This document shows, piece by piece, positions 27,150 to 42,538 of a stretch of 64,000 bases of DNA. The stretch lies in assembly GCF_009914755.1 (NCBI RefSeq), contig NC_060926.1; one strand, given 5' to 3'. Below the pieces are notes generated by a model. That model was given only the letters and a program-made list of their open reading frames with translations, was not told the DNA's origin and searched no databases. Origin of the DNA: the human T2T-CHM13v2.0 reference genome, Homo sapiens. Numbering within the stretch: the first letter of the stretch is position 1; each line of letters begins with the position of its first letter. Both the position numbers and the translations under genes were made by a program.

Positions 27150-27264
27150 ATTAGCAACCTAAATTCCATATATAATCTTAATTCCTTTGCTCTGTGGGCT
27201 AAGTGTTCACAGGTCCCAGAAATTAACATATGTGCCTCTTTGGGGTATCATTATCCTTCCTATG
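27150..27264 (-). mobile_element. MLT1 (ERVL-MaLR) LTR fragment
   Basis: 'aatcttaattcctttgc...ttcacaggtcccagaaatta...ctttggggtatcattatc'. Confidence 0.55.
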
Positions 27265-28340
27265 AAAAAGAACAAGATAGTTTTCTCAGAATGCAAGAAA
27301 TGTTTAGATTTCTAACTTCCTCTGGCTAAGGAATAGAGAAAAGTTTTTAAAATGTGAATTTTATGGAAGAGAAAATAATACAATAGAAGCCCACTTAACT
27401 ATATCTATTTAAGTGACAAAATTAACAGTCCATCTCCAAGTCTTTGTGAAAATACACTGTCTATTTTTTACAGCACTCTGGCCCTCTGGCTACACCCAGA
27501 TATTCCTGTTCCTACCTGCCACATTATAAACAGGTCAGAAATCATTTGTGTTTTTCCCTTTTTTATCTATCTTTTTTTAAAATTAAATAACCATGATTTA
27601 AAAAAAATAATTAGCCAGCCCCTATCCAATTATACTTGAAACATTATAACATATTTTCAACAATGACCTTCACTTATACTTTAGCAAAAGTTTGTGTGTC
27701 AGGCCACCTTACCATGACCAGAGATTCCTGAGGAAAAGAACGTGAGCCATGTGGACTTTGATGACCTTGATGATGGATCTGAATCTGGAATGTTAGAAAT
27801 TTGGGGGATAGAACTAGAAGATGGTAGCCAGAAATGGGAGCCTTATAAGACCAGAGGCTGTAATGGGGTGGACCCTAAAGACAACATAAAGAGACTTTTC
27901 CTGGATGAGGTATTGTGTACATTAGTAAATTTTGCCTATTTTAAATTTTACCTGGACTTGCTCTCTAAGTTCTGTGATGCACCACCATTTTATTTTTCAC
28001 TGAGCACTTGTCTAGAATCAAACTGCCCTAGTTTTAAACTATTCTATTGAGTTGTACATTAGATGGCCCCAAATTGATAGATTCCCCTGGTGCATTTGAA
28101 TGAAGTTTTCGAAAATGCTATCATGTTCATTTGAGTTCTTACCATTTCTTGGTGTGTTTTAATTAGCTCTATTTCCAGGGACTCTGAGTAACTTTTTATA
28201 TAATAAACTAATAAATTGGGTGGGTCAAGGTTAATGTAATTTTAAACTGTCAATCAAATTCCACAATTTCTCAATTCATTAATATATGTTGAACTGTTTC
28301 ACTTATCTTTCAACCAGATTTCATTACAACTACAAAAACT

Positions 28341-28834
28341 GGCCTGGCACAGTGGCTCGTGCCTGTAATTCCAGCACTTTGGGAGGCCAAGGTGGGTGGA
28401 TCAAGAGGTCAGGAGATCAAGATCATCCTGGCTAACACAGTGAAACCCCGTCTCTACTAAAACAAACAAATAAAAATAAAAAAAGAAAAACAAGTACAAA
28501 ACATTAGCTGGGTGTGGTGGAGGACACCTGTAATCCCAGCACTTTGGGAGGCTGAGGAGGGTGTATCACGAGGTCAGGAGATTGAGACCAGCCTGGCCAA
28601 TATGGTGAAACCCCATCTCTACTAAAAATACAAAAATTTAGCCAGGTGTGGTGGCGGGCGCCTGTAGTCCCAGCTACTCGGGAGGCTGAGGCAGGAGAAA
28701 GGCATGAACTTGGGAGGCTGAGTGTGTAGTGAGCCGAGATTGCATCACTGCACTCCATCCTGGGCCACAGAGCAAGATTCTGTCTCAAAACAAAACAAAA
28801 CAAAAAAGAAGAACAAACAAAACAACAACAACAA
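28341..28834 (+). mobile_element. Trimeric Alu (left + extra left + right monomer) within one TSD
   Basis: Two successive left-monomer bodies ('gaggtcaggagat...tctctactaaaa') then one right monomer; TSD aactacaaaa(a/g)ct at 28328-28340 and 28835-28847. Confidence 0.92.
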
Positions 28835-29199
28835 AACTACAAAAGCTTATTTTATCTAATCTTGATGGTGTTTGTTGGTGATATTATTATCTAGAGAAAT
28901 TAGGACTTTGAGCAGTAGTCAATAAGATGATATTCTTGTAACTAGGATAAATCAAAAGGAGAAACATCTATAAAGCACTTTTATTACAAACAAATCATGG
29001 AAATGGCACTTTTACTGGGTTACAAATAATATTTATAGATCCAGTTACTAATAAGCTGATCATAGAAAGGTGGCATCGAGAAAAGGTGGTATGCTTCTTT
29101 TCTCAATTATGTATATTTTTTACTATAATGGGAACCCTTGATGGACAGAATATTCACTAACAACTTAAGTGTTTTAGAAATTAAAGAAAACACTTCAAA

Positions 29200-29448
29200 T
29201 GAATGAGCATCAAGTTAGTGACTATTCTTCAACTGTAGGAATCCAATTTAGTGAAAATGTTGAAAGCCCAGTGCTTCACATTCAAACTCATTTAATATTT
29301 GCAGCAACACTGGTGACAGCTCTGATTCCCACCTACTCAGAACAACTGAAATGGAGGAGAGAAGTTACTTCTCAGGGTTCATGAAGCATAGTATAATTGA
29401 GACTCAGACATAATTCTTTAAATTCAGTGCTTGTTCTGCTCTATTACA
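29200..29448 (-). mobile_element. MIR
   Basis: 'cagtgcttcacattcaaactcatttaat...aactgaaatggaggagagaagttacttctcagggttca'. Confidence 0.55.
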
Positions 29449-29904
29449 ATTGTCCTGGAACAAAGTAGCATGTGACAACCTCACAGGATGTCTCTTTTAT
29501 GAGAAGAATAACAACAGCTGATTGTTTGAGAACCACGTTTTTTAAAGAGTAGAAAATGAACAACCTTTACTGACCACACCAGATTTGATTCAGAGATTGT
29601 TATTCGAGGAAGAAACAATGACAGACAGAGTGGACAGGAAATCCTTCCGACTTGCTGGGGCTTAGGCATGTCCTATATACTGACTTTACGCTTTACAATT
29701 CCATATATTATTATAGGAATATCTTTGTAAGGGAAAATATTTTGTGTTCCTTCTTAGAGAGCTTGAGAAATGTGACTGACTGAAACATTATATATCTCTG
29801 TCAGTGTTAATCTAAATCTTAGTGGGAGTATAGAAAATCTTTAGAACTCTAAAAGAAGCTATTTTTATATAACTGAGCAGTGAGGAATCTGCATCAATGT
29901 TTTA

Positions 29905-30132
29905 GAAGCGTGTTGGCACATTGGAAAGAACACTGGCTTTGAAGTCAGCAAACTGACACTCAAACTCCATACACCACCGTCAAGTTTTGTATGCCAGAGC
30001 AACATCAAATGTAACATATGTAAAAAATGAAAGGGGAGGTATAATATATAAGAATACCTACCACAAGGTGTTATGGTAAAAATAACATGAGCTATTCACT
30101 TGTCAAAAGTGTTTTGAAAAGGCATCATTCTT
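29905..30132 (+). mobile_element. MIR, with the L1 inserted at or near its 3' end
   Basis: 'ggaaagaacactggctttgaagtcag...tgtaaaaaatg...aatacctaccacaaggtgttatg'. Confidence 0.65.
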
Positions 30133-30643
30133 GGGGGAGGAGCCAAGATGGCCAAATAGGAACAGCTTCGGTCTACAGCTCCCAGTGTGAGCGACGCAGA
30201 AGATGGGTGATTTCTGCATTTCCATCTGAGCATTGAAGAAAGCAGTGGTTCTCCCAGAACGCAGCTGGAGATCTGAGAACAGGCAGACTGCCTCCTCAAG
30301 TGGGTCTCTGACCCCCTGACCACTGAGCAGCCTAACTAGGAGGCACCCCCCAGTAGGGGCAGACTGACACCTCACATGGCCGGGTACTCCTCTGAGACAA
30401 AACTTCCAGAGGAACGATCAGACAGCAGCATTTGCAGTTCACGAAAAACCACTGTTCTGCAGACACCGCTGCTGATACCCAGGCAAACAAGGTCTGGAGT
30501 GGACCTCTAGCAAATTCCAACAGACCTGCGGCTGAGGGTCCTGTCTGTTAGAAGGAAAACTAACAAACAGAAAGGACATCCACACCAAAATCCCATCTGT
30601 ACATCACTATCATCAAAGACCAAAAGTAGATAAAACCACAAAG
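30133..30643 (+). promoter_or_regulatory. Residual L1 5'UTR: YY1 site kept, ~524-nt internal segment removed, ~129-bp ZNF93-target segment (30387-30514) kept
   Basis: aagatggcc near the start; junction tccatctgag|cattgaagaaagcag at 30230/30231; extra segment between 'gggta' and 'ttccaacagacc' relative to L1HS. Confidence 0.8.
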
Positions 30644-31657
30644 ATGGGGAAAAAACAGAGCAGAAATACTGGAAACTCTAAAAACCAGAGCACCTCTCCT
30701 CCTCCAAAGGATCGCAGTTCCTCACCAGCAATGGAAAAAAGCTGGACGGAGAATGACTTTGACGAGTTGAGAGAAGAAGGCTTCAGACGATCAAACTACG
30801 AGCTACAGGAGGAAATTCAAACCAAAGGCAAAGAAGTTAAAAACTTTGAAAAAAATTTAGACGAATGTATAACTAGAATAACCAATACAGAGAAGTGCTT
30901 AAAGGAGCTGACTGAGCTGAAAGCCAAGGCTCCAGAACTACGTGAAGAATGCAGAAGCCTCAGGAGCCGATGCGATCAACTGGAAGAAAGGGTATCAGTG
31001 ATGGAAGATGAAATGAATGAAATGAAGCGAGAAGGCAAGTTTAGAGAAAAAAGAAAAAAAAGAAACGAACAAAGCCTCCAAGAAATATGGGACTTTGTGA
31101 AAAGACCAAATCTACATCTGATTGGTGTACCTGAAAGTGACAGGGAGAATGGAACCAAGTTGGAAAACACTCTGCAGGATATTATCCAAGAGAACTTCCC
31201 CAATCTAGCAAGGCAGGCCAACATTCAGATTCAGGAAATACAGAGAACGCCACAAAGATACTCCTCGAGAAGAGCAACTCCAAGGCACATAATTGTCAGA
31301 TTCACTAAAGTTGAAATGAAGGAAAAAATGTTAAGGGCAGCCAGAGAGAAAGGTCGGGTTACCCACAAAGGGAAGCCCATCAGACTAACAGCTGATCTCT
31401 CAGCAGAAACTCTACAAGTCAGAAGAGACTGGGGGCCAATATTCAACATTCTTAAAGAAAAGAATTTTCAACCCAGAATTTCATATCCAGCCAAACTAAG
31501 CTTCATAAGTGAAGGAGAAATAAAATACTTTACAGACAAGCAAATGCTCAGAGATTTTGTCACCACCAGGCCTGCCCTAAAAGAGCTCCTGAAGGAAGCG
31601 CTAAACGTGGAAAGGAACAACCAGTACCAGATGCTGCAAAGTCATGCCAAATTGTAA
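30644..31657 (+). CDS. L1 ORF1p (RNA-binding/chaperone protein), open 337 aa
   Basis: MGKKQSRNTGNSK... coiled coil, RRM and CTD; REKG, RR and YPAKLS motifs retained; one codon shorter than the canonical 338 aa. Confidence 0.92.
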   Translation: MGKKQSRNTGNSKNQSTSPPPKDRSSSPAMEKSWTENDFDELREEGFRRSNYELQEEIQTKGKEVKNFEKNLDECITRITNTEKCLKELTELKAKAPELREECRSLRSRCDQLEERVSVMEDEMNEMKREGKFREKRKKRNEQSLQEIWDFVKRPNLHLIGVPESDRENGTKLENTLQDIIQENFPNLARQANIQIQEIQRTPQRYSSRRATPRHIIVRFTKVEMKEKMLRAAREKGRVTHKGKPIRLTADLSAETLQVRRDWGPIFNILKEKNFQPRISYPAKLSFISEGEIKYFTDKQMLRDFVTTRPALKELLKEALNVERNNQYQMLQSHAKL

Positions 31658-31720
31658 AGACCATCGAGACTAGGAAGAAACTGCATCAACTAACGAGCAA
31701 AATAACCAGCTAACATCATC

Positions 31721-35544
<3,824 letters not shown>

Positions 35545-36854
35545 ACAATGAGAACACATGGACACAGGAAGGGGAACATCACACTCTGGGGACTGTTGTG
35601 GGGTGGGGGGAGGGTGGAGGGATAACATTGGGAGATATACCTAATGCTAGATGACGAGTTAGTGGGTGCAGAGCACCAGCATGGCACATGTATACATATG
35701 AAACTAACCTGCACATTGTGCACATGTACCCTAAAACTTAAAGTATAATAATAAAAAAAAGAAAAGGCATCATTCTTATAGCACCATTATTACGAAGAAA
35801 TATTTGTTTCTCATTATGTCAGGGATTGATGGAATCTTTCCCATAAAGAATGTATGTATCCAAAAATAGAGCTAGTATTAAATTTTTTATTCACGACCAT
35901 AAATAATAACTTTGTGGCTTTGAAGAGTTATTACAATAAAATAGTCACAAAGATGCTAGATGGTCACTCATTCAGAAACACTCTGTTATGTAAAAACAAC
36001 CATGGTGTGAAATGTTAATTGATCTCATATCACTTTCTCTTCCAGTTTCTCTTATTTTTCTTTTAACATTGGAATATATCTTGATTATGTCATTAGAGCC
36101 TATCTGTCTTTTCTGACCATTCTTGTGCATTCTGCGTCTGTACTAAATAGCAGTAGAAAAGATGCTGATGTGCTTAATGGTACTGAGAAATACATTCATT
36201 TACATAAAATGTCTTTACTCAGAAGATGTGGATTGCTGAACACTAATGCAGTGCAACCATCTAAAGTGGCCAACTTTGCTGAATACAAGGAATTCCATTT
36301 TGATTCATAATAGTTACACATTTTTACTTAGGTAATAATATGAAACAGAAATATCTTTAAAACATATTTTTTGGTTTAATAATTACTCATTTAGTCATAA
36401 TTGCTTTTCTCGAAAGCATGGAATAAGGGTCAGGCAGGTACCGAGTTTGAAAAGGAAACCTTTGACAAGAATTATTACAGATAGACGTGTTGTGAAGCCA
36501 GTAGAGTAAAAAGATGCTAACCTCATCCCATCATTTGTTAATGCAATCATTGTTTTTAGGACTTTCACAATTATTTCTTTTAAGTTCACTAAGGATTTCT
36601 TAAAAATAAAAGTGAAAATGTTTCCTGGACAGCCAAGAACAGTTACTGTGACAGAACCTAATGCTTCCCCAAAACAATTACATCAATCTGATATAAATCT
36701 CTTTGTTTTTGTATTCCCATCAAGAATTTCAAAAATTTTAAATCCAGTATATCAGAATTACAGCTTTTTCTGTAAAGTTCAAGATAATGGCAGTGGGATA
36801 TGAATTACTGTGTCCTTGAATGGATCATTGTGGGACTCTGATATGCTCATTCTA

Positions 36855-36985
36855 AGAGGAGAAATCAAACACGGCAGAGAGAGAGAAAAGAAAGAGCCAG
36901 AGAGAGAAGAGGTAAAGAGAGAAAGAAAGAGAGGGAAGGATGGAGAGGAAGAGAAAGGGAGAGACAGGTAGAAATGTCAGTAGAA
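36855..36985. repeat. GA-rich low-complexity tract
   Basis: Direct inspection. Confidence 0.75.
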
Positions 36986-37068
36986 ATGGAATAGGCCAAT
37001 CACTTTTTTCTGATGACATGTAATATACACACTGAAGGAAGAGCAGAAAGAACAATGAAAACAGTGAT

Positions 37069-37122
37069 TTGTGTGTGTGCCTGTGTGTGTGTATATTTGT
37101 GTGTGTCTGTGTGTGTGTGTGT
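37069..37122. repeat. (TG)n microsatellite, interrupted
   Basis: Direct inspection. Confidence 0.85.
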
Positions 37123-37188
37123 AGCTTGAAATTCTCCACAACCCTACTAACATGAATTACAAAGAGTGAGTTGTGGTATGTGCTTTTT

Positions 37189-37470
37189 GGGGGGGGGGGG
37201 GGACAGAGTCTCGCTCTGTCGCCCAGGCTGGAGTGCAGTGGCCGATCTCCACTCACTGCAAGCTCCGCCTTCTGGGTTCACGCCATTCTCCTGCCCCGAG
37301 TAGCTGCAACTATAGGCGCCCGCCACCATGCCCGGCTAATTTTTGTATTTTTAGTAGACAGGAGGTTTCACCATGTTATCCAGGATGGTCTCGATCTCCT
37401 GACCTTGTGATCCCCCCGCCTCGGCCTCCCAAAGTGCTAGGATTACAGGCGTGAGCCACCGCCCCTGGCC
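37189..37470 (-). mobile_element. AluY-like element whose tail is G14 on + (C14 on the Alu strand)
   Basis: 'cactgcaagctccgcc...ttcacgccattctcc'; TSD tatgtgcttttt at 37177-37188 and 37473-37484; small internal deletion near 37296. Confidence 0.93.
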
Positions 37471-37863
37471 GATATGTGCTTTTTAAATTAGATGTATGAA
37501 TATAATAAAATAACACATTATATACAAATTTTATAACCTGTTTTCGTTACCAAGACTCATTTCATGTTAATAAATGTAGTCCTGTAAAAATGATATAATA
37601 TTCCATTTTAGGATATGTCTCACTTCAGTACTATTTTCAGTTACATTTCTTACAAATATTTAGCTGTTAGAAATAGTGCTTGGATAAGTCTCATTATAAA
37701 ATTTGATCCACTTTAATTACTTTCTTAGAATAAATTCTTAGAAACAAAATCACAAGCAATTGGTAATGTCGAATTCCAAGATTATGAGAACAATTAGAGA
37801 CAATGTCATTTACAAAGCTCATGTTAATTTATATGCAGCCAAAAAAATTGATATCGTAGGGCC

Positions 37864-38271
37864 TGATATGGTTTGGATCTGTGTCCTCACCCAAATGTCA
37901 TGAAGAATTGTAATCCCCATTGCTGGAGGTGTTGACCGGTGGGAGGTTATTGGATCATGAGGGTTGTTTCCTATGGTTTAACACCATCTCCCCTTAGTGC
38001 TGTCCTCGGGATAGTGAGTTATTGTGAGATCTGGTGATTTAAAAGGGTGTGGCACCTCCCCCACTCTCATCCTCCTGTGCTGGCCATGTGAGGTGCCTAG
38101 CTCACCCTTTGCCTTCCACCAAGTTTGGAAGCTTCCTGAGGTCTGTTTAGAAGCAGAAGCCGCTATGCTTCCTGTACAGCCTGCAGAACTATCAGCCAAT
38201 TAACCACTTTCATTCATAAATTACCCAGTCCCAAGGATTTCTTTATAGTAGGGTGAGAACGGACTGATATA
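37864..38271 (+). mobile_element. MSTA-like solo LTR (ERVL-MaLR)
   Basis: Begins tgatatggtttggatctgtgtcc; ends 'taaattacccagtc...gagaacggactgatata'. Confidence 0.9.
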
Positions 38272-38795
38272 GGGGTCCATTTTCCTACCTTAGACAACAC
38301 TAGTTATCATTGTATGATTTAATCTTTGCAAATGAAAAATCTTATAATTTACTCTGTTAGCATTACTGCTATTCATATTGAATATATCTTTACATCTGTC
38401 TTTCCTGCTTTGCTTGTCCATAATCTTGACCCATTTGTTTGAAATATTGTTATATTTATTGATTTGTAAGAGATACAGATGTTATATATTAGAAACACGA
38501 AAATTTAGCAATATATTTTTCCTATGTCTTGTATGTTTCATGTTAAGCTTATTACTGGGTATTTTTTTTTCTAAAGTGAGTGATATATTTTTCTTATGAT
38601 TGTGTTTCTCTGATTATTGCTGATCTAGGATGATTGATATCTGTTCATTTATTTAACTAAATATATTACTGAGTCTTCTTGTTAATTGGAAACCTTTACA
38701 TTGAAAATGTTTTCCTTCACATGGATATTTTTAACATCTGCAAATAAGGATAAACTTTGTCACCTACTTCCAAATATTTAGAGATCCTATTTCAA

Positions 38796-39090
<295 letters not shown>

Positions 39091-41480
39091 GCTATTTCAA
39101 TTATTCTTTATATTTATTAGAAGTATTAGAAAATGTATGAAATAATCATAGTGATAGGAAACTTCCCTTTTTTAGAGCATATGCTATACTTTTGCACTGT
39201 TTGAATATTGTTTAGAAATGCATATCTCTTCAATATTTAAAAAGTATAATGTACAATTAAAGATATAAAATTTAAAAGTATAATTATATAAAATAATATT
39301 TTATACAGCAAAGTTTGAAAGTATTATTTATATAACTATCTTTTACTGGGATTAGTCTTAGACAACTTTAAACTTTTAAATTGATCTTTGTAGTCTATTC
39401 ATGTTTTCCGGCTTTTTATTGTTCTTGGTAAATTTAATTGATATTCCCCTAAAGCTCCGTCCATCATATCAATAACTTTATATTATTAATGAAGAACCAT
39501 ACATGAATAATTTAATATATTTTATAACTATGGCTATGTCATTTTTAAATTTATTTCATTTGCAAGAGGCTTGACTTATTTCTGTTTCTTTAAAATTCTA
39601 CTTTTTTTCTGATTTGCATTGTCAATAAATTATATAAACTGCATTCCCTCCACTGTGTCTTTATATTTGGGGTTGATTTTCACTTCCTGATCTGGATTAT
39701 ATTTTTTGTAAAGTGTCAAAGATGATTTGAATGAGTGCATATTTTGTTTATGTAATAAAATAAAATTGTATGTTTATTAAATCAGGATTATAAGTATATT
39801 ATTAAAGAGATTGTCATATTGTGTCAACTTAAAAAGCTGAGCATTGTGTTATAAAAGGTAGAGAATTGCATGTGTAAATGCATTCTTCCTCTTATCTGAC
39901 TCAAAAAACTTCTATTTGTCTTTAAAATGATCTTAAATTGAATATTTAAATTGGTGTTTCCTTTTGTATAATTCTATTTCTCAAATTTATTTGACCTAAA
40001 CTTTTGTTTGATCACAAGTCTTAGATTAATTTTCAGGTTTACCTAATTTTGTTTCTCACCATCATATTTACTTCTCTATTATAGTCTGGCTACAGTTAAA
40101 TTATTAATAAAGAGCAAAGGCTCTAGATCACAGAATAACTTGAGTTTACTAAGAGCAGAAAGAAAATGTCAGTTATCTTATGCATTTTAAATTAAAATTA
40201 AATGGTACTCCTTTTCTTTGTTGTTGAAATCCACTGAGGTACGCAGAAAGAAATATGAACTGATGCCGAATCAGGCAAAGAGTGCCATTCAAGCATCAGA
40301 AAATTTTAGAAATCTTTGAAAACTTTTAAAGTAAGACAAAAAGGAAGAAACAATCTATAGGTTACTTGCTATATGCAAGAAAATATTTGCTTTGGGAATA
40401 AGAGTGAACCCTGGGAGCAAGCTAGATAAAATCCTCTTGATTGGAGTGAGAGTAGTGAGAAGGATGAACAGGTGGACTAATGGGTTGAAGTCTGTGGGAG
40501 AGTATGTATCACAAAAATCATTCTGGAAAGTTCATCAGGTAACTGAAAATAATATCAAAACGGGATTGAGTCCTACCAATCACAGCGATGCATGCCTTGA
40601 GGGTCATTCTGGGTAAAGTTGTGGCAGTGTGGTGACACTGCCTCTGTCACATATGCAAGATTTACTTTTAGTAATAGGCAAAGATTGTTTTCTTTATCCA
40701 TCTCAGGTTACAGTGACATGGTTTGCCACCAAAGCTAAGGTTTCTGACATATTACTAGAGTTAATGGTTAAATTGAATGTTCTTGGACCTACCCGATGTT
40801 CTGGGTTCTACCTTTGTCACTTAAGTAAATCTGAATGTTTTATTTTTTATTATTCTTTTACCAAGACACAAAAGAGTCACCCAGTTACCTTATGTCATAG
40901 CTGATGGAAACTATCTTCACCATCTCAAATTTTCTAGGACATACTAGTTAAGAAAAGTATTCTCTTTGAGCAAATAAGTAAAAAAATTAAAATATGAAAG
41001 AAATTTCAAATAAAGAAACATTTTGAGAATTTGTTTAAATAGTTATAAGAAAGTGAAGAAAATTATAAAATACCTTTTTAATATCCTTATCAATATTCAA
41101 TATCATTCTACTTCTATAAAAGTAGATTATTAAATAATAAGTAATAAACTTTGTGAGGAAATATTTATTGGTGAACAAAAAGGTAATCTTTGCCTCTTAA
41201 AAGGCAGTTTGTTAGTGAGCCATAGATTAGTTACTGGAAAAGCTCTATCAGCACATTTGAAGATAAACAGAGAAATTTTCTCAATAATCAGAGATTAAGA
41301 ATAAAAATAGAAATGATGAGACAGAAGAACAAAAAATGACACACAGAACAGATGCAGGAGATAAAATATACATAGAATATAAATTCCAGAGGAAAGAAAA
41401 AACTAAGAGAGAGATTGTAATACTTTAAACAAAGTAGTAGTAGAATAACATGAACACAAGTTTAAAAAATATGTATGGTC

Positions 41481-41667
41481 CAAAAAATTAGCCGGGCGTG
41501 TTGGCGGGCGCCTGTAGTCCCAGCTACTCAGGAGGCTAAGGCAGGAGAATGGCGTGAACCCGGTAGGTGGAGCTTGCAGTCAGCAGCGATCGTGCCACCG
41601 CACTCCAGCCTGGGCGACAGAGCGAGACTGTGTCTCAAAAAAAAAAAAAAAAAAAAAAAGAAAAGAA
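41481..41667 (+). mobile_element. 5'-truncated AluY (right arm)
   Basis: 'ggcgggcgcctgtagtcccagc...ggagaatggcgtgaaccc'; perfect 17-bp TSD aaaaaatatgtatggtc at 41464-41480 and 41668-41684. Confidence 0.95.
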
Positions 41668-42318
41668 AAAAAATATGTATGGTCAGGAAAAATTGTAAAA
41701 TTACCAGCATCTGATCATGTCCATGCTTTTTAAGTTACATAATTTTTAAAGTTGGAATCCCCAAAATACTTGAAAGGCACTGGTGTCAAGGGAAAATAAA
41801 TCAAATAGGCAATTTGCAATTAAAAATATTCATTATTTCCTTTCTTTGTGAACCCAGTTAGAAAAGAAGAATGGAGGGAAAAACATCACAAATTCAAGCC
41901 TCAAACAAACCAATGCAAGTTAAAAGTGACTGTGTCCTTACTAATTTCAAAGCCATGGTGTTTTGAGGTAAAAATATTGTGACCTAAAATTTTAGATCCA
42001 CAAAACTCCGATGTGCAAAAATATAATTATATTTTTAGAACTATCTTTAATATCTCACTTGGAACCCCAGCTTGCTTCTTAGCAGGCAAATTCATCTAGT
42101 TATTTCCAGCTAATTTAAGTCCAGCTAATTCCAGCTAAGATATTTATAAAACCATCACATTGCAAATAACAGTTTCATATTTGAGTTTTCTCTCTTCCTT
42201 AAGTTTAACTCTACAGTATGAAATTTGTGGCATCTGAAGATTTGTGTCCATATTATTTTCGGGGAGGATGTGCCATTTTGTAGGTGCCCTTTGTTAATAC
42301 ATCCTTTTTGGTGTAGAC

Positions 42319-42538
42319 CAGGGGTTGGCTACCTTTTTCTGCAAAGGGCCAGGAAGTGTTTTAGACATTGTGAATTGTATAGTCTTTGTTGCAGCAACCC
42401 AACTCTACCATTCTAGCATGAAAGTGGTCATAAATGATATGCAAATGAATAAACATGGCTACATTGTTTTAAATCTTGGTTTACAAAACCAGGAGGCAGA
42501 TTTGACTGGGCCTGTGGAGTGTAGCTTCATGATCTCTG
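42319..42538 (+). mobile_element. MER58A-like hAT-Charlie MITE
   Basis: 'caggggttggctacctttttctgcaaagggccag...gcaacccaactctaccattctagcatgaaag'. Confidence 0.8.

Noticed and set aside
27742-28050. 102-aa ORF with an acidic N-terminus (DFDDLDDGSESG)
   Set aside because: Non-ATG start, no recognisable domain and only weak splice signals; may be a decayed retroelement.
30096-30520. Minus-strand ORFs over the L1 5'UTR (possible ORF0)
   Set aside because: ORF0 lies in the segment removed by splicing; these are incidental antisense frames running across the junction and into flanking DNA.
42104-42139. Three copies of tccagctaa
   Set aside because: Tiny slippage duplication with no further structure.
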